In this document: positions 45,934-56,065 of the stretch, in pieces | How the letters are laid out: every line of letters begins with the position of its first letter | Numbering within the stretch: position 1 is the stretch's first letter | From: an uncultured Gammaproteobacteria bacterium | GTDB taxonomy: Bacteria > Patescibacteriota > Microgenomatia > UBA1406 | DNA length: 57,368 nucleotides | Direction: 5' to 3' | Assembly (NCBI GenBank): GCA_964414145.1 | Contig: CAYPVH010000002.1 | Coordinates: forward strand, 1-57,368 | Position numbers and translations under genes: made by a program | The notes under the pieces: generated by a model | Told to the model about the DNA's origin: nothing | Seen by the model: only the letters and a program-made list of their open reading frames with translations | The model's database searches: none

Positions 45934-46763
45934 AAATTATCCTTATTGGTGCTAGTTCTTATGTTGGTTCCCGCATATTTTATGATTTAAAAGATAAATA
46001 TCAAATAGTAGGAACATGCCACAAACTATGTTTGTCAAAAAAACAGATCAAGCTTAATATTACAAATCAAGCTAATGTTTTTTCAGTTATTGAAAAAGTA
46101 AAACCAGAAGTTATTATTCATGTTGCTAACTTTCCTAGCCCCAGCAGCATTTCTGGTAACGAGGATTTTTTTGAAAAAGTAAATAAACAAGCTACAGAAT
46201 ATATAGTTAATGCTGCAAACAAATTAGGGGCGAAGGTAATTTTTATTTCTTCTCAAGCTGCCAACAACCCATCTAATCTTTACGGAAAACTAAAGGCAGA
46301 ATCTGAGGGGATAGTTAAGAAAACTAAAACGGGCTATGCTATTATTCGGCCTTCAATTATTTATGGTTTTAGCCCAAATACTTTTAACCCCAGGCCATTT
46401 AACCGAATATTAAGTTGTTTAGATAATAATATGGTAGGCGAGTTTGATACTTCATGGAAGTTGCAACCTACATATTTAGGCAATATTTCTCAGGTTATAG
46501 ATAAGGTAATTAGTTTTAATTTATGGAACAAAACAATACCTTTGTTTATTAACGAATTAACGACACAATATAGTGTTGCTAAAGATATATTGAATCAGTT
46601 CGGTTTAAAAACTAAATCCATAGATAAAAAACTCAATATCCCTCAAAGCAAAGATAGTCTAGAGATATTTAACTCATTTAACTTAACGCCAAAAACATAC
46701 AAGCAGTTTATTCAGGTATTAGTAGAAGAAATAAAAGAAAGAAGTAAATTTGTGTTTGAATAA
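45930..46763 (+). CDS. Extended SDR, RmlD-like sugar-nucleotide reductase/epimerase
   Basis: IILIGASSYVG, KPEVIIHVA, FISS, YGKLK, IIRPSIIYG. Confidence 0.85.
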   Translation: MKIILIGASSYVGSRIFYDLKDKYQIVGTCHKLCLSKKQIKLNITNQANVFSVIEKVKPEVIIHVANFPSPSSISGNEDFFEKVNKQATEYIVNAANKLGAKVIFISSQAANNPSNLYGKLKAESEGIVKKTKTGYAIIRPSIIYGFSPNTFNPRPFNRILSCLDNNMVGEFDTSWKLQPTYLGNISQVIDKVISFNLWNKTIPLFINELTTQYSVAKDILNQFGLKTKSIDKKLNIPQSKDSLEIFNSFNLTPKTYKQFIQVLVEEIKERSKFVFE

Positions 46764-46803
46764 TAATTATTTACTGATTTGATTATCTAAATTTTCACAT
46801 TTT

Positions 46804-47568
46804 ATGAAGCAAACAGATCTAAGGGCGTTAACAATTGCCACCAGTCAGTTCCCGCAGTCTACAAATATTGAACAAAACTTTAAATATATGCTTAGGCATA
46901 TAAGTATTGCGGTAAACAAAGGCGCCAATGTTATACATTTTCCCGAACTGTCACTTTCCGGTTACCAAACAAAAACTGAAAATATAGACTGGAATATTAT
47001 TCAAAATAAAATTTTAAAGTTAAAACATGTCGCCAAACAGCAAAAAATTAATATTGTTTTTGGCGTGCATAAAAAGAACAAAAATTTACCTCCATTTAAT
47101 TCAACAGTAGTAATTTTAAGTAACGGTACAATTGCCGGCGAATATATTAAATCTAAATTGTATAGCGCCGAAAAAAAGCGGTTCAGTTTTAAAGAAAATT
47201 TTTTTACCTGCAAAATAAACGGAATAATTTGCGGGTTTTTAATTTGCTACGACTCAAATTTTCCCCATTTATTTGAAAAGTACAAAAAGCTTGGGGTAAA
47301 ACTTTTGTTTCTATCGTATTATAACGCAAATAGCACTAAACCAAAAAATAGCATGGATACATTAATGAAATCGCAGTTAATAACCAGGGCCACAGACAAT
47401 TTATTCTATATTTCGGGTAGTAATTCGTCGTCTTATTATTCCAGAATGCCTTCTTCTTTTGTTTCGCCAGATGGGGCAATTACTGAGCTACCTAGGCACA
47501 AACCGGGAGTATTGATTAGTAAATACCCAAAAAACAACCTTGGCTGGACAATCAAAACTGAAAGCTAA
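46804..47568 (+). CDS. Carbon-nitrogen hydrolase (nitrilase superfamily)
   Basis: Catalytic E (FPELS), K (YIKSKL), C (LICYD). Confidence 0.92.
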   Translation: MKQTDLRALTIATSQFPQSTNIEQNFKYMLRHISIAVNKGANVIHFPELSLSGYQTKTENIDWNIIQNKILKLKHVAKQQKINIVFGVHKKNKNLPPFNSTVVILSNGTIAGEYIKSKLYSAEKKRFSFKENFFTCKINGIICGFLICYDSNFPHLFEKYKKLGVKLLFLSYYNANSTKPKNSMDTLMKSQLITRATDNLFYISGSNSSSYYSRMPSSFVSPDGAITELPRHKPGVLISKYPKNNLGWTIKTES

Positions 47569-47594
47569 TTAGTTTCTTTTGTATAATCAAGTAA

Positions 47595-48239
47595 ATGAGG
47601 CTTAAATATCTTTCTTTAGTAATCGCTATAACTATACTTCCTATTTTAACTTACTTTTTCTTTGTTAATCAAAATTCAGAATCAAAAGGAAAACAACAAG
47701 CTATAACTAAAGGCACACCTACAAAAGTAACCTTAAATAATAAAAAAGAATGCAGTGATGATTTAGATTGCAATACTAATAATGAATGGTGTTTATATAA
47801 TTCTTGCCTAAAGATTCAAAAAATTAAAACAATAATTGAAAATGGTTTAAAAAATTATTCAAATGCAGAACCCAAATTTACGGTTAGTTTCCCACCTAAT
47901 TTTGATATTGCAAAAATTAATAAAGGTAAAGAACATGAAAGCATTTCGCTCGCCGAAACAACTAACGGAGTAGTCATTAAAGGTAGCGAGGGGTTTGTAG
48001 AAATTTTGTGGGGTTCTGGATTTGGCGGTTATTGTGAAAACTGGGAAAAAATTAGTATTCAGGGTAGTGATTATCCAGTTTGCATAACAAAAGAGAAAGA
48101 CGGATCTAAAAACTGGCGGGGTATTACTAAAAAATTTGATGGTTATAGCCTGGTAATAAATGGGCACGCCAACTCTGGTTTATCTAAAAATTATGGTACT
48201 ATTCTTAAAATTATTACTAATATTAAATTCGAATATTAA
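47595..48239 (+). CDS. Membrane-anchored secreted hypothetical protein
   Basis: N-terminal TM, 4-Cys micro-module, YSN...FTVSFP (PsbP-like start). Confidence 0.75.
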   Translation: MRLKYLSLVIAITILPILTYFFFVNQNSESKGKQQAITKGTPTKVTLNNKKECSDDLDCNTNNEWCLYNSCLKIQKIKTIIENGLKNYSNAEPKFTVSFPPNFDIAKINKGKEHESISLAETTNGVVIKGSEGFVEILWGSGFGGYCENWEKISIQGSDYPVCITKEKDGSKNWRGITKKFDGYSLVINGHANSGLSKNYGTILKIITNIKFEY

Positions 48240-48243
48240 ATAT

Positions 48244-48696
48244 CTATAGACTGGCTCTATACCAAATCAACTCGCCATTATCTTTAAACACCTTAAAGTT
48301 GTTTTTTTCAAACATTATACAGGCAGATTTAGCAAAGTGCGAAGTTATAAGCTCAATTTCCTTGTAATTATTATTTTTAGCAAAAGCTAAAGCAAAATTG
48401 AGTAGCCTTTGCCCTAAACCCTTTTTTCTGTATTTATTTTTCAAAAAAAGTCTTTTTAATAAACATGTTTGATTATTCTTATTAAGAATAGCTACAGTAC
48501 CTATTACGTTATTATTGCTTAATAAAATCCAAAACCTACTTTTTCCTTTGTATATCTTTGCTATGTTGTTTAAATCTTTGTTTCTTTCTTCGGATTTAAG
48601 GGTATAACCCGGTCTTAATTCTTGCATTACTTCCAGGACCAGTTTTTTTACATCTTCTTGATATTTTTCTTCAAAAGGAATAATTGAGTATGTCAT
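48244..48696 (-). CDS. GNAT acetyltransferase
   Basis: LKRLFL...YRKKGLGQRLL, A...FEKNNF; start reassigned to ATG 48696 (TATAAT 6 nt upstream). Confidence 0.9.
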   Translation of the reverse strand: MTYSIIPFEEKYQEDVKKLVLEVMQELRPGYTLKSEERNKDLNNIAKIYKGKSRFWILLSNNNVIGTVAILNKNNQTCLLKRLFLKNKYRKKGLGQRLLNFALAFAKNNNYKEIELITSHFAKSACIMFEKNNFKVFKDNGELIWYRASL

Positions 48697-48755
48697 AAAC
48701 CTATTATACGGCAATCTTTATAAGTAAGGATTTTTCACTTTCTAGTATAAATGAC

Positions 48756-49610
48756 TTACAATTTAACGAACAAAGAAGCAGTCATTTTTAAATACTTTAA
48801 ATTACTATAATAATACCTTTTAAAGTAATACATAAATTTGTCCAGTTTATTCTTGTTTTTACCATAACCAAAATTCTTTATTGGGCGCAGAAAATTATTG
48901 TGGCCAGCGTTATGAACAATCGGAATTAATTCATTATCAGCCGAATAAAATTTGCCATTCTTAATATTAAATTTACGAAGAGTATTATTAATCATAAAGT
49001 TATATTTGTAATTCAGGGTTATAGTTTTTTCTTGGTGCAGCATGTAGTTCAAAACTATTTGATCCGGCCCATATTTACCTTTATTTTTAATTAACTTATC
49101 CATAACTTTGCCAAGTTCTATAAATTTTTTACTTGGGGCCAAAATAAAACCGGCATTATAAACAGGCTTATCATTTACTACTTCATATATTTTTTTGGCA
49201 ATCTTTTTATCAAAACTGCCCAGAATAAAAACCTCGTAAAATAAAACTTCCATTTCTAAAATACCGGCACGAAACATAGTCTTATCTTTTCCAAATAAAT
49301 GAGATATGTCACTTTGAAAAATAATGTCGCCACTGTCAACAGAAAGTACCTGGTCATAGCTGTTTTTTTCAAGATAGTCTGCAGTATCAATAAAACGCAT
49401 ATTAACAACGTGTTTTTTAGTTGATTTGGTAATTAGCTTAATTGGTTGTTTTGCTAATTTTACAAGCTGTTCTTTGTTTAGTCCATAATCAAATAAAACA
49501 ATATCTATATTTTTTAAATTTACTTCTTTTTTAAGTGAGGTTAACCAATCGTTAATAAAAAAATCACCATACCTTTCGTTACAGCAAGTGATTATTGCAT
49601 GTTTTTTCAT
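48756..49610 (-). CDS. Putative GT-A fold glycosyltransferase (GT8-like)
   Basis: VDSGDIIFQ (DxD), YNAGF, GPDQ.VLNY, YNF, IVHNAG. Confidence 0.7.
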   Translation of the reverse strand: MKKHAIITCCNERYGDFFINDWLTSLKKEVNLKNIDIVLFDYGLNKEQLVKLAKQPIKLITKSTKKHVVNMRFIDTADYLEKNSYDQVLSVDSGDIIFQSDISHLFGKDKTMFRAGILEMEVLFYEVFILGSFDKKIAKKIYEVVNDKPVYNAGFILAPSKKFIELGKVMDKLIKNKGKYGPDQIVLNYMLHQEKTITLNYKYNFMINNTLRKFNIKNGKFYSADNELIPIVHNAGHNNFLRPIKNFGYGKNKNKLDKFMYYFKRYYYSNLKYLKMTASLFVKL

Positions 49611-49668
49611 TGTTTTTTATTATACTGTACGTTCAATAACAAAACTATTTCTGCGTGAGGCAAAATTT

Positions 49669-49697
49669 TTGACATTACAACTACAAAAATCTATAAT
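49669..49697 (+). promoter_or_regulatory. Consensus sigma70 promoter of lemA-htpX
   Basis: TTGACA (49669-49674)-17 nt-TATAAT (49692-49697). Confidence 0.85.
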
Positions 49698-49725
49698 GTA
49701 TTCAATATTAGTTTAAATAAAATAT

Positions 49726-50277
49726 ATGCAACCATTTTTTATTGTTTTAATTGTTGTTGGTCTTCTGGTTATTTTTGTTTGGGGAATGTACAACAAGCTA
49801 GTAATTCTTAAAAACAGAATAGACGAAGCTTGGAGCAGTATAGACGTTCAGTTAAAAAGAAGGGCAGACCTTATTCCCAATCTTCTAGAAACGGTTAAAG
49901 GTTACGCTAAACATGAAAAAGAAGTTTTCGAAAACGTTACAAAAGCTCGCTCTCAGTTAATGAATGCTAAGGGCGTAAGCGAAAAAGAGCAAGCCGACCA
50001 GCAATTAACCGGGGCATTAAAAAGCTTGTTTGCAGTAGCCGAAGCTTACCCCGAACTTAAAGCTAGTAACAATTTTCAAGAACTTCAAAGAGAACTTTCA
50101 GACACGGAAGATAAGGTTGCTTTCGCCAGGCAATTTTACAATACAACAGTACTCGAATATAACAATACAGTTGAGGTTTTCCCCAACAGCTTGTTTGCTT
50201 CTATGTTCGGGCACAAGGAAATGCCTTTTTTTGGAGCCGGAGAGTCTGAGCGCAAAAATGTAAAGGTAAGTTTTTAA
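49726..50277 (+). CDS. lemA: LemA family protein
   Basis: [40 protein letters not shown]. Confidence 0.97.
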   Translation: MQPFFIVLIVVGLLVIFVWGMYNKLVILKNRIDEAWSSIDVQLKRRADLIPNLLETVKGYAKHEKEVFENVTKARSQLMNAKGVSEKEQADQQLTGALKSLFAVAEAYPELKASNNFQELQRELSDTEDKVAFARQFYNTTVLEYNNTVEVFPNSLFASMFGHKEMPFFGAGESERKNVKVSF

Positions 50278-50296
50278 GAAACTGTTAGGCAAAAAT

Positions 50297-51187
50297 ATGT
50301 ATAAAGCTATAAGTCAAAACAAAGTTAAATCTTATTTAATTTTGGTTTTTTTCTTTATTTTTTTAAGTTTTGTTTTGTTTGTTTTGGGTAGGGCAATGGG
50401 CTATTCGGGGCCTTCACTTTTCCTTTTTGCTTTTTTAATTAGTTTATTTAGTAGTTTTTTCAGCTATTATTTTTCCGACAAAATTGTATTAGCTTTGCAT
50501 AGCGCAAAGCCGGCAAATAGGGAAGAGCACTATAACTTTTATACCGTAGCTGAAAACTTGGCAATCGGTGCCGGTATGCCCAAACCCAGGCTGTATGTTA
50601 TAAACGACCAGTCTCCCAACGCATTTGCAACGGGCAGAAACCCAAAGAACGCTATTATTGTGGCAACAACCGGTTTATTAAACTTATTGGATCGGCGAGA
50701 GCTTGAAGGCGTGGTAGCACACGAACTTTCGCATATTAAAAACTACGATATCTTATTAATGACCATTGCTTCGGTTTTGGTTGGTTTTGTGGTTTACTTA
50801 ACCGACTTTTTTATGCGTTCTATTTGGTTTTCGCGCCGCGATAATGACCGAAAGGGCAGTGGGGTAACAATGATTATTGCAATCGCGGCGGCAGTTTTGT
50901 CGCCAATTGTGGCTACGCTATTGCAGTTGGCGCTTTCCAGAAAAAGAGAGTATTTGGCAGACGCCTCTGGTGCTTATTTAACCCGATACCCACAGGCACT
51001 GGCTTCGGCTTTAGAAAAAATTTCTAGTCAACCTACACCCCTAAAAAGCGCTTCAAATGCAACTGCTCATATGTTTATCGAAAACCCATTTAAAGCAGAT
51101 GTAAAAAAGCAAGTTTCTTGGTACGCCAAATTATTCAGCACTCATCCCCCGGTTCAAGAACGAATCCAAAAACTTAGAGCAATGTGA
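50297..51187 (+). CDS. htpX: Zn metalloprotease HtpX (M48)
   Basis: PNAFATG, AHELSH, SRKREYLAD, FSTHPPVQERI. Confidence 0.97.
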   Translation: MYKAISQNKVKSYLILVFFFIFLSFVLFVLGRAMGYSGPSLFLFAFLISLFSSFFSYYFSDKIVLALHSAKPANREEHYNFYTVAENLAIGAGMPKPRLYVINDQSPNAFATGRNPKNAIIVATTGLLNLLDRRELEGVVAHELSHIKNYDILLMTIASVLVGFVVYLTDFFMRSIWFSRRDNDRKGSGVTMIIAIAAAVLSPIVATLLQLALSRKREYLADASGAYLTRYPQALASALEKISSQPTPLKSASNATAHMFIENPFKADVKKQVSWYAKLFSTHPPVQERIQKLRAM

Positions 51188-51259
51188 GCCGAGACGGGGA
51201 CTTGAACCCCGAACCTACTGTTTACGATACAGTTGCTCTACCAGTTGAGCTATCTCGGC
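51187..51259 (-). tRNA. tRNA-Thr(CGT)
   Basis: GCCGAGA acceptor, GCTCAACTGGTAGAGC D-arm, ACTGT-ATCGTAA-ACAGT, CGGGG-TTCAAGT-CCCCG; CCA not encoded. Confidence 0.93.
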
Positions 51260-51380
51260 GAATTATATATCAATTTTATCAGATATAAGGTGCTATTTAT
51301 GCTAAATATAATTGCATATGATTGTTTATAAATAATTCTGCTATTAACTGGCTCAGGAAATTGCTAAAATAAGTTTTATA

Positions 51381-52082
51381 ATGGCAAGAAGAAGTAGGCA
51401 AGATAACCAAAACCGAATAATTTTGTACTTGGTATTATTCCTTGCTTTACTGTTTTTGTTTTTCCGGTTTGGCTTGCAGATATTTATAGATACAGCATTT
51501 TATTTAACACAAGGCCGCCAAAGCGTGGCTATAAACAGTAAACAGGCAGAAAGTTCGAAAGTGGCAATTGTTACAGACCCAATTTTAGAAAGCTTACCAG
51601 ACGCAACCAACGAAGCTACTTTGCAAGTGCGGGGCCGTGCAAACCCCGAAAATAAAGTTACACTTTACCAAAATAGCGCCTATATAGATTCGATTAATAC
51701 AGACTACGACGGCAATTTTGAATTCGAAGTTACGCTAGAGGAAAATATCAATAAAATCTATATAGAAGCAACAGATACATACAGCAACAACAGTCGAAAA
51801 TCTAAAGTTCAAGAAATTCTTTTTCTAAACAAAGAGCCAACTTTAGAAATATCGAACATAGAAGATAATAAAAAATATTACAATTCCCAGGTAAATATTG
51901 AGGGCAAAACCGATAAAGAGGTGTTTATAAGAGTAAATCAAATTCCGGTTGTGGTACGGGCAGATGGCGGCTTTAATTATTCATTAAATCTAAAACCTGG
52001 CGAAAACAAGCTAACAATCGAAGCCAAAGATCAGGCAGGTAATGCTATCGAGAAATCTTATACTTTAATTTTTGTTGAGTAG
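51381..52082 (+). CDS. Membrane-anchored protein with two bacterial Ig-like domains
   Basis: TM then VRGRANP...F.FEVTL.E.INKI.IEATD and IEGKTD...F.YSLNL.PGENKL.IEAKD.AGN. Confidence 0.85.
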   Translation: MARRSRQDNQNRIILYLVLFLALLFLFFRFGLQIFIDTAFYLTQGRQSVAINSKQAESSKVAIVTDPILESLPDATNEATLQVRGRANPENKVTLYQNSAYIDSINTDYDGNFEFEVTLEENINKIYIEATDTYSNNSRKSKVQEILFLNKEPTLEISNIEDNKKYYNSQVNIEGKTDKEVFIRVNQIPVVVRADGGFNYSLNLKPGENKLTIEAKDQAGNAIEKSYTLIFVE

Positions 52083-53160
52083 AACCGTAAAACAGAATAA
52101 AAAATATAAACACTCCGGGTGTAAACAAACCGTTAACAAACCAAGAGTGAATAAAAAAAGTAATCACTAATATCTGTTGATTAATATTAGCTTTATTAAA
52201 TAAAATAAAAATTAAACCTAAATAAGCAATAAATCCGGCCATTCCTGTTGTTACCAATATAGTCAATACCGAATTATCTAGGCCATAGGCACTATTGTCT
52301 GTAAATTCAAATTGTTTACTTTTAACCCTAATTTTGGGAATGTTGTTAAAACCATAACCAAATAGCGGTTTTTGTATGACTAATTTTAATCCTTTTTTCC
52401 ATGATTCTTGTTTGCCCAATATACTATTGGTTCTTAATAAATTGGTACCTTCACCAAAGTATTTGGGCAAAAATGGTACAAGAACTACTAACATAAGCAA
52501 AATTGCTAATAAAAAATACTTGTTTTTGTAATTTTTAAAAAATAAATAAATACTTGCTACAATTAGAGCCAAATAGCTGGTTCTTGAATAAGTTAACAGA
52601 ATTGCTGTAAAAGTTATTAACAATAAACAGTATTTAATGTAATTATTTTTAATATTATTCATTAGCCAAAAAAAATACCATACAAAAACAATTCCAATTA
52701 AGTTTGGGTCTAAAAATAATCCAAATAACCTATGGGCATGAGGGTCGAAACCCAAGTACAGCAAGTTTCGTAAATCCGGGTATAGAAAATACTGTAAGCA
52801 TCCGGTGGACAAGAGCATTAACAGGGAAATGTTAATAAGCTTTTTTGGGAATGATACAAAACTACTTTTTAAAACAAAGTCTAGCAACAAGAAATACATT
52901 ACGGTTCTTAATAAATAAATTATTCCTAAATTATTGACTAAGTTAAAATTAATTAAATTACTGAATATTAAAAAGAAAATAAATATAAATACTGTCCGGT
53001 TTTTGAATAAGGTTTTGGTTTTGAAAATTGAATATGCCAAATAGGCAAAAACTACAATATCTACTACCCGAATATAAATATTTTGGAATGCTTCAAACCT
53101 GAGTACTTCAGAAAACGGAGCTAGTAAAATAATAGCAGTAAATAGCAATTTACCAATCAT
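52045..53160 (-). CDS. O-antigen ligase / Wzy-like polytopic membrane protein
   Basis: RLFGLFLDPN, LTYSRTS, PLFGYG, late His. Confidence 0.85.
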   Translation of the reverse strand: MIGKLLFTAIILLAPFSEVLRFEAFQNIYIRVVDIVVFAYLAYSIFKTKTLFKNRTVFIFIFFLIFSNLINFNLVNNLGIIYLLRTVMYFLLLDFVLKSSFVSFPKKLINISLLMLLSTGCLQYFLYPDLRNLLYLGFDPHAHRLFGLFLDPNLIGIVFVWYFFWLMNNIKNNYIKYCLLLITFTAILLTYSRTSYLALIVASIYLFFKNYKNKYFLLAILLMLVVLVPFLPKYFGEGTNLLRTNSILGKQESWKKGLKLVIQKPLFGYGFNNIPKIRVKSKQFEFTDNSAYGLDNSVLTILVTTGMAGFIAYLGLIFILFNKANINQQILVITFFIHSWFVNGLFTPGVFIFFILFYGSTQQKLKYKISR

Positions 53161-53903
53161 TTATTTTTTAGTAAATAAAGCTTACTCCGGCTTAAAAACG
53201 AATGAAAACTCATCATAAAAGAATATACAAAGCCAGCCGGCCCGTCTAGTAAACCTAATTTAAAAAAGTAGGTATAAACAAATTTAAAGAGAGGGGTAAA
53301 AAATATATCCATCGCATTCGTCTTTTTATTTGTTTTATAAAAATAATCGGCATTCATAGTTGAATAATAATTTATTTCTCTTAAAAAATTGGCGATATTT
53401 TTATGGGGGTAATGCTTTAATTCCCCATTGAGTTTAATAACTTTACCTCTTTTAGGTTCCCATTCTTCGTGTACTGCCCTTATAAAGCGGCCATTATTCT
53501 TATTAACTAATCTTGGAACAAAGCAGTTTAACACCTCGCCATGCCTTATTTCTTTATTCCAAAAAACATCTACCCGTTTGAATAAATAGGCCGACACGTT
53601 TTTGGTATTTTCAAGCTTATCAATTTCTTTAATAAGGTTGTCGTTGGGTAGTTCGTCAGCGTCTAGAAAAAGCACCCAGTCTGTTTTTACTTTTTGTAAA
53701 GCGTAGTTACGTTGAGTGGCAAAGTTATTACCAAGGTTTCTTTGTATTATGTTTGCTTTGTGTTGTTTGGCTACTTTTACCGTATTGTCTGTTGAGTAGT
53801 CATCAATAACAAGCTTGGGAACATTATTACTAAAAGTTTTTAGTAACTTACCAATATTTTCCTCTTCGTTTTTAGTTATTACAACTAAGGTATAGTTTTT
53901 CAT
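53157..53903 (-). CDS. Glycosyltransferase family 2 (WaaE/KdtX-like)
   Basis: ITKNEEENI, IDDYSTD, FLDADE, VHE. Confidence 0.92.
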   Translation of the reverse strand: MKNYTLVVITKNEEENIGKLLKTFSNNVPKLVIDDYSTDNTVKVAKQHKANIIQRNLGNNFATQRNYALQKVKTDWVLFLDADELPNDNLIKEIDKLENTKNVSAYLFKRVDVFWNKEIRHGEVLNCFVPRLVNKNNGRFIRAVHEEWEPKRGKVIKLNGELKHYPHKNIANFLREINYYSTMNADYFYKTNKKTNAMDIFFTPLFKFVYTYFFKLGLLDGPAGFVYSFMMSFHSFLSRSKLYLLKNK

Positions 53904-55032
53904 AAAGCTTTAATACTTCTTTTGCACAATTAATATTATTATAATACTTTAAAGCTCGTTTTCTTGCTTTTTTTGCAAGTTCATTTTTTAAAACCTTATT
54001 TGACATAAGATTAGTTAAGGCCTGTGTTAATTCTGGCTCATTGTTTTCTTTTATAACTATACTGCTTTCACCAACTATTTCGGGGATTGCACCGGTATCT
54101 GTTGTTATAATTGGTAAACCCGAACTAAGAGCCTCAACCAGTACCATACCGTATTGCTCTTCCCAGGTTGGAGTATTTTGCGACGGCAAAACAAATATAT
54201 CTGCCCATTTGTAGTGCTTATGTATCTGATTGTAGGGGGTGGTAGTTATTTCAGTACTGTTTTGTAAGTTGTTTTTATTAACTATAGTTTTAATTTGTTT
54301 TTTTAAAGGTCCATTACCAACTATTCTTAAATTACAATTCTTAAATTTTTGGTGTAATGCAATAAAAGAATTTAAAAGCACTAAAATTCCTTTTTCTTGG
54401 CTTAATCTACCAATAAAAAGTATATTGTTTGTAAGCCTATTATTAACTCGCTTTTTGGGGGAAAATCTATTCGTATCAATACCCAGTCTAATAAATGTAA
54501 TTTTAGAAGAATTTATTCCTTCGCTCAATAAGGTGTTGTAAGACACCCGGGTGTGGCAAATATAATGATCAATTTGGCTTTTAGTAAAATCAATTAAACG
54601 GCGCTTGGCTAATGTTTTTCTGTTGTTGTTAACAATCGTATCCCAGAAGGTGCTTACAAGTATTGCTTGTGGGTATTTTTGTTTTAGTTTTGCCGCTTGA
54701 TAACTATAGTAGTAATGGGGATCGGCGGTATGCCAAATATTATATTTGGGCAAATACTTTTCCAAGTTAAAAAGCAAATGCATGTCGCCAAGAGTACGGT
54801 TAGCCAATACTTTTATTGCTTTTTGTATAGAAGGGGAGAGTTGATGGGGAAAAAGATGAGTAATGTCTGTTGGAGAAAAAAGGCGAGTTGTTTCAATATT
54901 TATATTTTTGTCTAGTACAGATAGCGCAGATATCAATCTAGTTTCCACGTTTTTCACAAAAGGGGAGTAGTTTTGCAGTTCATAAGGGTTAGAATAAGCC
55001 CCCCTAATTAATGCAACTTTAAATTTTTTCAT
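53872..55032 (-). CDS. Glycosyltransferase family 4 (GT-B)
   Basis: FIGRLSQEKG, FVLPS, EEQYGMVLVEALSSG. Confidence 0.93.
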   Translation of the reverse strand: MKKFKVALIRGAYSNPYELQNYSPFVKNVETRLISALSVLDKNINIETTRLFSPTDITHLFPHQLSPSIQKAIKVLANRTLGDMHLLFNLEKYLPKYNIWHTADPHYYYSYQAAKLKQKYPQAILVSTFWDTIVNNNRKTLAKRRLIDFTKSQIDHYICHTRVSYNTLLSEGINSSKITFIRLGIDTNRFSPKKRVNNRLTNNILFIGRLSQEKGILVLLNSFIALHQKFKNCNLRIVGNGPLKKQIKTIVNKNNLQNSTEITTTPYNQIHKHYKWADIFVLPSQNTPTWEEQYGMVLVEALSSGLPIITTDTGAIPEIVGESSIVIKENNEPELTQALTNLMSNKVLKNELAKKARKRALKYYNNINCAKEVLKLYEKLYLSCNN

Positions 55033-56065
55033 ATAAATCGATTAACTTTTTGGTAAAGTTTTGCCAATTGAATATTTTGTGTAGTTTAACCAAATTAATT
55101 GGTTTTGGGTTTTTTATAGCTTTACTTATAGTTTTGGCAAAATCTTTAACACTGTTGGCGCTAATAAATACAAATCGTTCATATTCCGGTATTGTAGCGC
55201 TCTTTAGGGCTACAACCTGTGTTTGTTGCGACAGGGCTTCGATAATCGGAAAATTGAAGCTTTCGTAATGTGAAGCGCTCAACAGCACCTCGGCTTCATT
55301 ATATAGTTTTACTAATTCTTGCCCCGAAACTCTATCTAGCACAATAATTTTATTTGTTATAGAAGTACTATTAAGCGTTTTAAAGTAGTTGTTATTTACT
55401 CCGGCCAAAACCAGTTTATAGCAACTATATTCCGGTACATCGGAAAACTGCTTGAAAGCATCAATAATAAATTGAATATTCTTTATTGGGTGACCCATAC
55501 CAACATATAAACAAATTTTCTTTTTTTTGAACTTCTTTGATTTTTTAAGAAAAGGTTTTGGAATACCAAACGGCAATAATTTTATTTTATTAGCTACTTC
55601 CCTACTCGGTTTATAAATGTCGTTAAAGCCAATTTTAACTTTTTCAGAACTAACAACTATTAAATTTGCTTGCCTTAACATTTCTTTTGTTTGGTTTTTT
55701 AATACTTCCCTTTTATCCGGGTAAAATGCTGGAAAATACAGTGGAGCCAGGCCGTGCGAAAAAGCAATTATTTTGGCTTTGGTAAGGGTTGGTATAGCTT
55801 GGTTAAGGGCAAGGAATATGTCTTTTTTATTAATTAGTTCTTCAACTGAAACGCGCAACTTTAACCAACCCGCTTTAGGGGCTAGTTTTTTAAAAACAAA
55901 GTTATGAGCCAAGTTTATTTTCTGATTCCCTAAGGTATATATGGTGTATTTATTTACAGGGTCGTTTAAAGACAAGTTATTAAGCACTTCATTGGTAACC
56001 GTGAAATTTCCGTAACCGCTTTTATAATTGGTATTTAAAGCGCCCCCGTCTACACCTATCTTCAT
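55019..56065 (-). CDS. Glycosyltransferase family 4 (GT-B)
   Basis: LYVG..HPIKNI, S.YESFNFPIIEA, FNW. Confidence 0.9.
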   Translation of the reverse strand: MKIGVDGGALNTNYKSGYGNFTVTNEVLNNLSLNDPVNKYTIYTLGNQKINLAHNFVFKKLAPKAGWLKLRVSVEELINKKDIFLALNQAIPTLTKAKIIAFSHGLAPLYFPAFYPDKREVLKNQTKEMLRQANLIVVSSEKVKIGFNDIYKPSREVANKIKLLPFGIPKPFLKKSKKFKKKKICLYVGMGHPIKNIQFIIDAFKQFSDVPEYSCYKLVLAGVNNNYFKTLNSTSITNKIIVLDRVSGQELVKLYNEAEVLLSASHYESFNFPIIEALSQQTQVVALKSATIPEYERFVFISANSVKDFAKTISKAIKNPKPINLVKLHKIFNWQNFTKKLIDLYEKI

